DNA from: Desulfobacteraceae bacterium
GTDB lineage: Bacteria; Desulfobacterota; Desulfobacteria; Desulfobacterales; UBA11574
Direction of reading: 5' to 3'
Length of the DNA stretch: 36,256 nt
Assembly (NCBI GenBank): GCA_030613575.1
Contig: JAUWLP010000003.1
Coordinates: forward strand, 1 to 36,256
Shown here: piece after piece, positions 27,231 to 35,375 of the stretch
How the letters are laid out: every line of letters starts with the position of its first letter
Numbering within the stretch: position 1 is the first letter of the stretch
Position numbers and translations under genes: made by a program
The notes under the pieces: model-generated
The model's input: only the letters and a program-made list of their open reading frames with translations
What the model was told of the DNA's origin: nothing
The model's database searches: none

Positions 27231-27869
27231 TGCGGCATATCGAACCAGCTCTAGTGTGCTGTGGATATTAAGCTTGCGCAAAATATTTGATCTGTGATTT
27301 TCAACAGTTTTGGGGCTGATGAAAAGTTTTTTTGCGATCTGTTTGGTGGAAAGGCCTTGTGCCAGTAACACCATGATCTCTTGCTCTCGGGGGGTCAGAG
27401 TTTCATAGGTGGCATCGGTTATCTTCGCCTCTTGTTCCGGAAATTGCATAAGCTTTTTAACCACCTTATGGGAAACAGAACTGTCCATAAAATACTCTCC
27501 CTTCAAGACAGTATCTATCCCCTGTAAAAGTCTTTCAGAGGCCGATTCCTTGACCACATATCCTGTGGCCCCGGCCTGAAATGCTTTAACAATATAATCC
27601 ACTTTGGAATGCATGGTGATAATCATGATACATGTTTTAGGCGATGCATTCTTAAGTTCTCGGGTCAGTTGAATGCCGCTTTGATCCGGCAAAGACATAT
27701 CCACCAGTGCCAGATCAGGCTTGAGTTCCCTCGCCATTTGAAGCCCTTCACGTCCGTTTCCCGCCTCCCCAATCACCTTAAACCTATCATTGCGTCCGAT
27801 GACCGCTTTGAGGCCTTCCCTGAAAAGGGGGTGGTCATCTATTATTAATATGGTTTTCTTATGAACCAC
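27192..27869 (-). CDS. NarL/LuxR-family response regulator
   Basis: ILIIDDHPLFREG, LVDMSLP and LTPREQE...KTVENHRSN HTH; start reassigned to GTG 27869. Confidence 0.93.
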   Translation of the reverse strand: MVHKKTILIIDDHPLFREGLKAVIGRNDRFKVIGEAGNGREGLQMARELKPDLALVDMSLPDQSGIQLTRELKNASPKTCIMIITMHSKVDYIVKAFQAGATGYVVKESASERLLQGIDTVLKGEYFMDSSVSHKVVKKLMQFPEQEAKITDATYETLTPREQEIMVLLAQGLSTKQIAKKLFISPKTVENHRSNILRKLNIHSTLELVRYAARLGIIDVDLWKE

Positions 27870-30102
27870 TCTTGTTGTCCTTATAAGGAAGCGTAATAGA
27901 GATCTTTGTGCCCTGCATGGGTTTTGATTGAATTTCCATTTTACCTTGAAGCAATTTAGCCCTTTGCTCCATGCTCCGAATTCCCATTCGTTTCTCTTCT
28001 GATAGGGTTGACAATCGTTTCTGAACATCAAAACCCTTACCATTATCTTCTATACGAAGAATAATATTAGGGAAAGCTGCAACCAGTCTGATGGTCACAT
28101 GGTCAGCGCCAGCGTGCTTTTTGATGTTGGTAAGACTTTCTTGAATCAAACGATACAGGTTGATTTCGGTGTCAAAATCCAGCTTTAAATTCTTCATGCC
28201 GGCGGAATGGAAATCAACATTTATTCCATTGTCCTCAGAAAAATCATGACAATACTGAAAAATGGTCTGTACAAGTCCCATTTCATCAAGAGCCGGGGGA
28301 CGTAAATCATATGAGACGTCCCGAACTGCTTTTATGGATTCTTGAAGCGTTCTTGACATTTCAGAAACTCTTCGCCTGATCTCGGGAGGTATCGCAGGCT
28401 GATGATCAAAAAGCGTTTCAAAGCCAATTTTTACCGCGGAAAGCTCTTGCGCCACGTTGTCGTGCAAATCACGAGAAATCCTCTGACGCTCATTTTCTTG
28501 GGATTTCATCAACTCGCGGGTGAGAGCATGAATCTGTTCTTCGGCCCGTTTTCGCTCGTTGATATTACGCAATGAGCCGACAATTTTTACAGGATTACCA
28601 TGCCTATCTCGTACCAGCTTTGCCGTTATCGAACAATAGGTTTGAGAGCCTTCTTTATCTATCATAAGCGCTTCATAGTCAGTAACTTTCCCTTTTTTCA
28701 GAAGTTCTTTTACCAATTCATCTCTATTTTTCGGATCAACATATATATCGGATAATGATTTTCCTATGATCTCTTCTCTTTTGTAGAACGAAACATCCTC
28801 TATCGAGGGGCTGGCTTCTAGAATTATTCCATCAAGGGTTACTTCATAATAAACATCCTGAATATTTTTAAAAATGTTGCGATATTTCTCTTCACTTTTC
28901 CTCAGAGCCTCCTCCGCCCGCTTTTTTTCGGTAATATCAGTAATAAATGCAAAGGCACCCAGAACCTCTCCCGATTTACCCCTGATTGTGGTGGCATTAA
29001 AATATGCTGGTAGGTTTTCACCGTTCTTTTTTTTCAAGGTAATTTCATAACTGCGATGGGCTGTGACGGATATCTTTGAGGTCTGTTCAATAAAAATCTT
29101 TCGGTTCTCATCATCAACGAAGTCAAAGGGTGTTTTGCCAATCATCTCATCTTGACTGTAGCCAAGCATTTTGGAAAGAGCCGCGTTGACTTCGATAGTT
29201 TTGAGTTCAGAATTTATCAGCCAGCATCCTTCCGATGTAATTTCCAGAAGGGTTCGGTGTTTCTCTTCGCTTGCTCTCAGCGCCTCCTCTCCTTGTTTCC
29301 GTTCGACAATTCTTCCCGTTAGCCCAGTAATAGCATTGATCAAATTCCTTTCTTCTCTAAGGAAAGGACCCTCATCAATTTCCGGTCTTTCTTCCAGGTA
29401 ATAAACCTCCAAAATACCGCTCGGTTCACCATGCACTTTAATATCGCCGACCTGCTTCCAAATTGTCTCCCGGAAATTTTTTGTTCTCCATTCTCGGCCT
29501 TGTATAATAACTCGTGCACAAGTTATTTCCGGATATTGCCACGAGGGGGGAATAAGATCAACTATCCCCTGAAGTATCTCCTCCAACGCAACATCCCGCT
29601 GCTCAACAAGATTGGCAATACCATAGAGGAAGTTGAGTTCCTTGACCCGTTTGCCAAGATCATTGGTCTTCTTCCGCAAGGCCTTCTCTACCTGCTCACG
29701 TTCTGTAACGTCGCGCCAGATGCTGATGACAACACCCGGCTCCTCATCCGCAACTCGTTCAAGGAGAGAAGCATTGACACTGAAATGGCTTACTTTGTTC
29801 TTTGTCGTCATCTCAAATTCGACATTACGGCAAAAACCTTCGAGTCGGACCTTCTTTTCCAGCTCAGACCAACGGTTCAAAGCATTGGCATTGAGTTGTT
29901 CAAGCCAGATGAACATACTGGTCTCTACGACATCCCGCCACTGCCGTCCAAAGAACGAGCAGAAGGTCTCATTGACTACGATAATAGTATGCGTCGAGTC
30001 CGTAATCACGATACCGTCGGCCGAGGCACGCAGCAGCGTCTCGAAAAACTTTACTGTCTGCCGGGTGGCTTCTAATTCGCCTTTCCTAAGTCGTTTGCTC
30101 AT
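27859..30102 (-). CDS. Cytoplasmic multi-PAS/GAF HisKA_3 sensor histidine kinase
   Basis: Three PAS/PAC repeats, a GAF-like PSWQYPEITCAR segment, ERQRISRDLHD H-box, QESLTNI and DNGKGF; no TM helix seen. Confidence 0.92.
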   Translation of the reverse strand: MSKRLRKGELEATRQTVKFFETLLRASADGIVITDSTHTIIVVNETFCSFFGRQWRDVVETSMFIWLEQLNANALNRWSELEKKVRLEGFCRNVEFEMTTKNKVSHFSVNASLLERVADEEPGVVISIWRDVTEREQVEKALRKKTNDLGKRVKELNFLYGIANLVEQRDVALEEILQGIVDLIPPSWQYPEITCARVIIQGREWRTKNFRETIWKQVGDIKVHGEPSGILEVYYLEERPEIDEGPFLREERNLINAITGLTGRIVERKQGEEALRASEEKHRTLLEITSEGCWLINSELKTIEVNAALSKMLGYSQDEMIGKTPFDFVDDENRKIFIEQTSKISVTAHRSYEITLKKKNGENLPAYFNATTIRGKSGEVLGAFAFITDITEKKRAEEALRKSEEKYRNIFKNIQDVYYEVTLDGIILEASPSIEDVSFYKREEIIGKSLSDIYVDPKNRDELVKELLKKGKVTDYEALMIDKEGSQTYCSITAKLVRDRHGNPVKIVGSLRNINERKRAEEQIHALTRELMKSQENERQRISRDLHDNVAQELSAVKIGFETLFDHQPAIPPEIRRRVSEMSRTLQESIKAVRDVSYDLRPPALDEMGLVQTIFQYCHDFSEDNGINVDFHSAGMKNLKLDFDTEINLYRLIQESLTNIKKHAGADHVTIRLVAAFPNIILRIEDNGKGFDVQKRLSTLSEEKRMGIRSMEQRAKLLQGKMEIQSKPMQGTKISITLPYKDNKSGS

Positions 30103-30152
30103 GGTAATTCCAATTTGCTTCTCTCTCAGGCATTAATAAATAATTCCCCAAC

Positions 30153-30211
30153 AAAGAAAAAACGAAAAGGCCCATACTTTTACACAGTTTATATACTGTA
30201 TATGAGCCTTT
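30153..30211 (-). terminator. Intrinsic terminator inside the kinase 5' leader
   Basis: Minus strand AAAGGCTCATA...TATGGGCCTTT stem (with G-U) followed by TCGTTTTTTCTTT, about 50 nt before the ATG. Confidence 0.65.
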
Positions 30212-30343
30212 ATCTATCACATAGGGTTACCCCCTGAATTTGGCTGTTATTATCTTATTTTTATGTTATTCTAATAGGTTATATATCATTTTGAATTGGG
30301 CCTTCAATTTCGTTTAGTCATGAACATTATAGATAAAAATATA

Positions 30344-30446
30344 ATTCTACAATAAAAAATTTATTACAGATTTAAAAAATTTTGTCTATAGGATAAAGTT
30401 CTTATTTGTATAGGAAAACATCCTAAAGATATAGGGAGTTATCCCG
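30344..30446 (-). promoter_or_regulatory. Putative kinase-operon promoter with three tandem TAGG-N7/8-CCYR boxes
   Basis: Boxes at 30389-30404, 30411-30425 (TAGGAAAACATCCTA) and 30432-30446, about 21 bp apart; minus-strand TAGAAT at 30344-30349. Confidence 0.55.
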
Positions 30447-30543
30447 AACTTGAATAAAATATTACAATGCCATACGGTTAATGGACAACAAAATATATCA
30501 TTCTGCCCTGGCTTTAAGGTTCTTGCCTCCCTTTGGCATGGTT

Positions 30544-30660
30544 TTTGGAATTTGATGCTTGAGATTTGGGATTTATTTGGAATTTGGTACTTGGAGTTTG
30601 GAATTTAATTGATCTTTGGCACCTGGAATTTGGGATTTCAAAAAACTCGTGAACGGTTAC
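30544..30660. repeat. Degenerate 7-bp tandem repeat tract (TTGGAAT-like) ending in TGAACGGTTAC
   Basis: TTGGAAT TTGATGC TTGAGAT TTGGGAT ... TTGGAAT TTGGTAC TTGGAGT TTGGAAT. Confidence 0.7.
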
Positions 30661-30701
30661 AAATGATCCTTAACCCGCTACACCCATCAGCACGATTGCT
30701 T

Positions 30702-30974
30702 CTAATTTTGTGCTAAATCGCGTTCATTTTCTCCGATAAAAATTAGGTTGCTGAGTTTCTTTAAGGAGCCAAAGTTCTTTTGCAACACATTCCTGCCGAA
30801 TGCATAAATGGTCCTAAGATCATTAGTATCGATAAAGATTTGATAAAAATTGGTTCCTTGATCTTTTATAGTATTGATCAATTCATATGCCGAAGTTCCA
30901 TCAAAATCACCATTCAGTTTCAGATGAAGACTGTCTCTGGTTTTATAAGATAAAATTTGAAAATTTGCAGCCAT
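30702..30974 (-). CDS. STAS-like small protein (anti-anti-sigma fold)
   Basis: LKLNGDFDGTSAYEL...IFIDT..L..I..FG; AAGGAG RBS. Confidence 0.65.
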   Translation of the reverse strand: MAANFQILSYKTRDSLHLKLNGDFDGTSAYELINTIKDQGTNFYQIFIDTNDLRTIYAFGRNVLQKNFGSLKKLSNLIFIGENERDLAQN

Positions 30975-31021
30975 TGCATATCTCCTTTAAATATTATTCT
31001 TGTTATTAGTTTTATTATCAG

Positions 31022-31223
31022 AGTGTAATTCACTCTGTCCATAGAGAGGAGGCTTCATTTTTATAGTGGGAACTCCTGAGGGACGAGAATTTATCCCACA
31101 CAATCGGGAGAAAAACTGATAAGATAGGTCGTAACCTTTTACGGGTTCAGAGTTTCACGGTTACGATACTTTTTGTAGGCAGGCTTATCCTTTCCACAGG
31201 TCCAGGTCGATAATATCTAACCT
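31022..31223 (-). promoter_or_regulatory. Repeated promoter cassette, copy 3, with NarL 3'-end relic and small insertion
   Basis: Same blocks; -10 TACACT; the relic reads RLDIIDLDLWKG* versus the regulator's RLGIIDVDLWKE*. Confidence 0.8.
31130..31165. repeat. Mini insertion with CGTAACC/GGTTACG inverted ends
   Basis: Absent from cassette copies 1 and 2 at the same position. Confidence 0.55.
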
Positions 31224-31302
31224 TTATTAATTGTGATGTACAGTACCCGTGACGTTCATTCGGATTTTTCGTAGATTCTTTTCTTAGCTTTTTCCCTTGG
31301 TT

Positions 31303-31533
31303 TCACTCGACAATCTCAAGTATTGCGCGTTTCTTTATTTTTGCAGAAGATGCATTTAAAATAGTCCGGATTGCCTGGGCAGTCCGGCCCTTTTTGCCGA
31401 TAATTTTTCCCAAATCTTCTTTGGCAACCTTCAACTCGAGCACCGAAGTCTGGTTCCCCACGACCTCCTCAATCACTACCTGTTCCGGATTGTCGACCAG
31501 TGCCGCAACAATATAACCGACTAGATCTTTCAT
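31303..31533 (-). CDS. khpA: KH-domain RNA-binding protein KhpA
   Basis: ALVDNPEQV...[20 protein letters not shown] (GxxG loop). Confidence 0.9.
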   Translation of the reverse strand: MKDLVGYIVAALVDNPEQVVIEEVVGNQTSVLELKVAKEDLGKIIGKKGRTAQAIRTILNASSAKIKKRAILEIVE

Positions 31534-31686
31534 AGCGTTATCTCCTTTTCCATGTCAGTTCCCTTATCGTAAGATCTATATTTCCCCATGAGACGAATTT
31601 TCGATTTTCCGGAGATAATAATATTTTTTTAAAAAATCGTATCAACACCAGATTTTATAGTATTTTCCGGCCTCTTTTTAAATTTT

Positions 31687-33324
31687 TCAACGGGCTATCT
31701 GATAAAGTTCTGCAGGCCATTGTAGTTCAGTGGGCATCGGCTCATTTATATTTTTAACAAATTGTGCTTTTTTGCCGATATCTTTGCTCATGCCACGGAT
31801 TTCCGCGCTGTCCTTAATAATTAGCGGACGCTGAAGCATCTGTTCATAAAGATCTATGTAATGTTGCGCTGTGACCCTATGGTTGAATTTGGAAGCACTT
31901 TGTATCATTATCCGGTTGATTTGCCTTTCCTTCTCTTTAATCGGCAGCATATAAAAGTTCATTGCCTGATCAATAGCCCAGGATAGCCCGTTTGAGTCAA
32001 AAGTCCTAAATAGAAAGCCGTTGCCGGTTTTTCTATCTACATCCAGGTGGACGACTGTATCGTGAATCCCTCCGGTATCGTGGGCTATTGGAAGGGCCCC
32101 GTAGATTGCACCTATCATTTGGGGCAGGCCGCAAGGTTCAAAGCTTGAAGGCATCATAACAAAATCCGAGGCCCCATAGGCCAGACGGGCCAGACGTTCG
32201 TTGAAGTCGCATACTGCTATCCGGTCAGATAAATTATGAAATCGAACGATGTCTTTAAAATGCCTTTGAAACTCTCCGTCTGCTACAAAAACGATCTCAA
32301 GATTCTGCTTCCAGTAACGGGAAACTACTTTATAAAGTATCTCAGCAAGGAGCTGACATCCCTTTTGAACCGGATCCAGGCGCGAAGGCCAGAAGAAGAT
32401 GGGCACCCGTGTATTCTGAACCAAGCCTAAAGTTTTCTGAAGAATGCGTTTATTGGCCTTTTTCCCAAAAACATGGTTCGCTGCGGAATATTTACAGGGG
32501 AGGGCCTCATCAATGGATGGGTTATAGGAAGGGTCTGGAGCGTTTAGAATTCCATTAGCGCATCCGGCGTTTCTTTTGTTGGATAGCTCTCGTTGCATGG
32601 AGTTTTTTACAAAGCCGTGCCGTCCTTCAACCATCTCCTTCAGGAAGGTTGGACTTACAGTATTTACAAAATGGGCAGCAAAAACTCCGCTTGCAAGGAA
32701 ATCTACAGGAATGGAGTCTCTGGTATTTTCATAGTTGGACGGGTAATATTCAAAAAAAAGGTTCTTCCAGAACAAAGCGCTGTCAATACCCCTGTCCTCA
32801 ATTTCAGAAAGGAGGCTTTTAACAGTATGGATATTGTGAATAGTAAAAAGGCAAGGAATACCCAATCGTCTTGCCATGGCTGGAATCAGACCGGTCATCC
32901 AATCATTGCAATGGATAAGATCCGGCTGAACCTGGGGAACGATATTGTTGATAACTTCTCGCTGAAACGCTAATGAAATTTTAATTTTTTCAAACTCATA
33001 CTTGGAATAGATATGATTAAGATAAAAAAAAGTCCTGTCCTGGGCCAGGTGGATCCTTTCATCCGGTACGCTGTTTCTTATTCTGCTCAGTTCCCTTCTA
33101 ACAAGTGGAGACATATGACCGTTGAATATTGAACGGTAGTCCGGAAGAGCCACATGGACATCGGCGCCCTGACTATAAAGGGCATTTATTAGTGCAGCCG
33201 AGACATCTGCAAGCCCTCCTGCTCTGGCATTCAGGCAAATTGAATTCTTTACCATGCCGCTGGGAAGATAGGCTACTTCAGGTGTCACAATAAGAACGCG
33301 AGGGTTGGTTGTAGGACTGGTTAT
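31687..33324 (-). CDS. glgA: Glycogen synthase-like GT5 glycosyltransferase (start codon non-canonical or mutated)
   Basis: PRVLIVTPE, RAGGLADV, HCNDW, TIHN, QKG and PSSFEPCGL. The frame stays open upstream of the track GTG (33288) to ATA 33324 and ATT 33351. Confidence 0.8.
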   Translation of the reverse strand: MTSPTTNPRVLIVTPEVAYLPSGMVKNSICLNARAGGLADVSAALINALYSQGADVHVALPDYRSIFNGHMSPLVRRELSRIRNSVPDERIHLAQDRTFFYLNHIYSKYEFEKIKISLAFQREVINNIVPQVQPDLIHCNDWMTGLIPAMARRLGIPCLFTIHNIHTVKSLLSEIEDRGIDSALFWKNLFFEYYPSNYENTRDSIPVDFLASGVFAAHFVNTVSPTFLKEMVEGRHGFVKNSMQRELSNKRNAGCANGILNAPDPSYNPSIDEALPCKYSAANHVFGKKANKRILQKTLGLVQNTRVPIFFWPSRLDPVQKGCQLLAEILYKVVSRYWKQNLEIVFVADGEFQRHFKDIVRFHNLSDRIAVCDFNERLARLAYGASDFVMMPSSFEPCGLPQMIGAIYGALPIAHDTGGIHDTVVHLDVDRKTGNGFLFRTFDSNGLSWAIDQAMNFYMLPIKEKERQINRIMIQSASKFNHRVTAQHYIDLYEQMLQRPLIIKDSAEIRGMSKDIGKKAQFVKNINEPMPTELQWPAELYQIAR

Positions 33325-33416
33325 GATCTGTTGCTCCTTTACTTCAGTAATAATAGAACCTCCTGATTTTTGGCGGATCCGTGGTTTAATCTATAGGTTG
33401 TTCCTACTTGCCCGGT

Positions 33417-33713
33417 TTAAGGCACGGTCAGGTTAAGAATATTGTTGTAAGTCCCGAAGCAGTTTAAACAAGTCTGGTCATTTTGGGAATCTTCTTTCCA
33501 TTGCCCGTCAACCAGAAACTTGTACTCGTAGCTTCCGGGAGATAGAATCACAGCCTTATTCCACACCCCATTCCCATCCTTTTTCATGAGATGCTTTTTG
33601 GGATCCCAATTATTAAAATCTCCCATCAGGACGACCTCTTTGGCATCTGATGAATCAAATGAAAAAGTAGCTTTTCGCCGCTTGATTTTCTTTTTTGATT
33701 TGACCTTTGCCAT
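33417..33713 (-). CDS. Glycogen-binding CBM48/AMPK-beta-like protein, copy B
   Basis: Same length as copy A (98 aa) and nearly identical; AAGGAG RBS. Confidence 0.88.
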   Translation of the reverse strand: MAKVKSKKKIKRRKATFSFDSSDAKEVVLMGDFNNWDPKKHLMKKDGNGVWNKAVILSPGSYEYKFLVDGQWKEDSQNDQTCLNCFGTYNNILNLTVP

Positions 33714-33750
33714 TATTCATCTCCTTAAAAATAATGATTATCCATAACGT

Positions 33751-33927
33751 TCATTTTACCACTACCGGATTTACAGTATCAAATCCTGAACCTGTATGAA
33801 CATCTCCAAGGATTTCCATTCGTTTTGATAACACCTGGATCTCACACTCGGGAAATAATATATGCATCTTTACAATCAACATATCTACTCTTTCAGGATC
33901 ATCGCTTAATATAATTATTTTCTTCAT
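33751..33927 (-). CDS. 58-aa small protein (receiver N-terminus-like, LFPECEI)
   Basis: Manually translated: MKKIIILSDDPERVDMLIVKMHILFPECEIQVLSKRMEILGDVHTGSGFDTVNPVVVK*; GGAGG RBS. Confidence 0.65.
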   Translation of the reverse strand: MKKIIILSDDPERVDMLIVKMHILFPECEIQVLSKRMEILGDVHTGSGFDTVNPVVVK

Positions 33928-33951
33928 GTTAAGCCTCCCCTCCCTATCGGT

Positions 33952-34182
33952 TCATTCTTCAGGATAGTGGCTTTTCAGACAGTACGGTCGCCAGCAACAA
34001 TCTATTTGGTCACAATATTCCTCTGCCCTTAGGAAACAATCAAAGTTTCCTTCAACACGCTGAACGCTTCTAATCAGGGCTGTAATATCGAGGTAAGCAT
34101 CTTCAACACCTCGATTTTTGGTGTCAATTGATGTTTTCCCTGTTTCTTTATTGGAAACACTTATGCTGTCTTGATCTGACAT
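33952..34182 (-). CDS. Small Cys-rich protein (SAP-domain-associated Zn-binding-like motif)
   Basis: LIRSVQRVEGNFDCF...CDQIDCCWRPYC. Confidence 0.65.
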   Translation of the reverse strand: MSDQDSISVSNKETGKTSIDTKNRGVEDAYLDITALIRSVQRVEGNFDCFLRAEEYCDQIDCCWRPYCLKSHYPEE

Positions 34183-34236
34183 GATTTGTATATACTATAT
34201 CTTTTTGGGTTTGTAGAAATCGAATAACGGTTTCTC

Positions 34237-34337
34237 TTCAATTTGTCCATAGAGGGGGGGCTTCAATTTGATGGTGGAAACTCCTAACAGGCAGGAATTT
34301 ATCCCACCTACTTGGGAGAAAAACTGATGAGATAGGT
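34237..34337 (-). promoter_or_regulatory. Repeated promoter cassette, copy 4 (-10 degenerate)
   Basis: TTCAATTTGTCCATAGAG...GGAATTTATCCC...GGGAGAAAAACTGATGAGATAG. Confidence 0.75.
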
Positions 34338-34346
34338 TGTAACCGT

Positions 34347-34607
34347 CTACAGGTTCAGGAGTTCTTTGATCTTCAGAGCGTTTTTAGGTGCATGCCCCAT
34401 CGCGTCGTTGTCAAAGTAAACATAAGTATCTACGTCCCATTTTTTTATCTTTTCAGCCCAGTTATTAATTTCGTTTTCTGAGTATTCGGACACATATAGT
34501 TTTCTTGATCCATGCAGACGAATATAGATAAAATTAGATGTTACTGCTTCAAGATAGGCAACAACCACTGACGGAGAGCGCCCCACACCTGCATTGCAAT
34601 ATACCAT
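34347..34607 (-). pseudogene. Chimeric relic: dual-specificity phosphatase CX5R loop fused to DUF72 C-terminus
   Basis: VYCNAGVGRSPSVVVAYL (CX5R) joined in frame to TSNFIYIRLHG...YVYFDNDAMGHAPKNA (DUF72 end). Confidence 0.75.
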
Positions 34608-34676
34608 TATTCTATGGTCTTTGATTCCTCCTGACTTTAATAAATGAAGTTATGGGAAAGGTGATTCTGCATCTTC

Positions 34677-35048
34677 CTACTTGGCGGGATTGTTTTCTAA
34701 TAACGCGGATATCTTTTGCTTTAGTTCATCGGCGGCAGAGTGGCTCTTGAGCAAATATCCATCAGCTTGAGAAAGACGGTGATCAAACAGGTAATTGTGG
34801 TATGGAGCAATGATAAGCACCGGGAGACTTGGTTCTTGTATTTTAATGTTACGTAAGACATCCCATACGAGAAATCCATACTTCAGGTAAAGGTTAAGGA
34901 GCACTACATTAGGTTTAAATGATAAAATGTTTTTACTAACTGACTCGATATCATCCGTGACTTCTATTCTGTGGCTTTCACCAGCAAGCCCTTCTCTGCA
35001 TAAATTCTTCGCCCACTCCTGATCATCTATGATAAGTATGTTTGCCAT
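34677..35048 (-). CDS. Single-domain receiver protein with Asn at the phosphoacceptor position
   Basis: ILIIDD...VVLLNLYL (Asp to Asn)...IIAP...LLKS. Confidence 0.8.
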   Translation of the reverse strand: MANILIIDDQEWAKNLCREGLAGESHRIEVTDDIESVSKNILSFKPNVVLLNLYLKYGFLVWDVLRNIKIQEPSLPVLIIAPYHNYLFDHRLSQADGYLLKSHSAADELKQKISALLENNPAK

Positions 35049-35065
35049 TTTACTTTCATCATTTC

Positions 35066-35108
35066 GCCCCGGTGAAATGATCCCGAATTATTGGGAAATT
35101 CACAGGGC
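35066..35108. repeat. Short REP-like imperfect palindrome
   Basis: GCCCCGGTGAAAT...TCCCGAATTATTGGGA...AATTCACAGGGC. Confidence 0.45.
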
Positions 35109-35117
35109 AGGCATTGA

Positions 35118-35178
35118 TTTCACTCGACAATCTCAAGTATCGTGCGTTTTTTTGTTTTTGCAGAAGATGCATTTAAAA
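35118..35178 (-). pseudogene. 3' fragment of a khpA copy
   Basis: Matches 31301-31361; reads LNASSAKTKKRTILEIVE*. Confidence 0.8.
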
Positions 35179-35207
35179 CCATACCAGAAATAAGAAAAAG
35201 GTCATTA

Positions 35208-35247
35208 TCCCTGCCGGTAAAGGTAAATCCCTTTTTACCAGCAGGGA
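35208..35247 (-). terminator. Hairpin downstream of the PilZ-Zn gene
   Basis: Minus strand TCCCTGCTGGTAAA...TTTACCGGCAGGGA (G-U pair valid on the minus transcript). Confidence 0.5.
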
Positions 35248-35375
35248 CTGAACACCACCACCTAGGTAGTGATATATCTGCCAGAAGTTATAAACGGTAT
35301 CACCATTGACTTTGTGATTTAACCCGGCATTGTTCACCCTTCGACAGTTCGCCCAATCGGAGAATGAGTGAGGTT

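Noticed and set aside
27082-27297. 71-aa plus-strand ORF across cassette copy 2
   Set aside because: The frame is not preserved in the other copies and it runs antisense to the regulator.
25218-34337. Repeated cassette or heptamer tracts as CRISPR arrays
   Set aside because: The copies are kilobases apart or lack unique spacers of regular length, and no cas genes are present.
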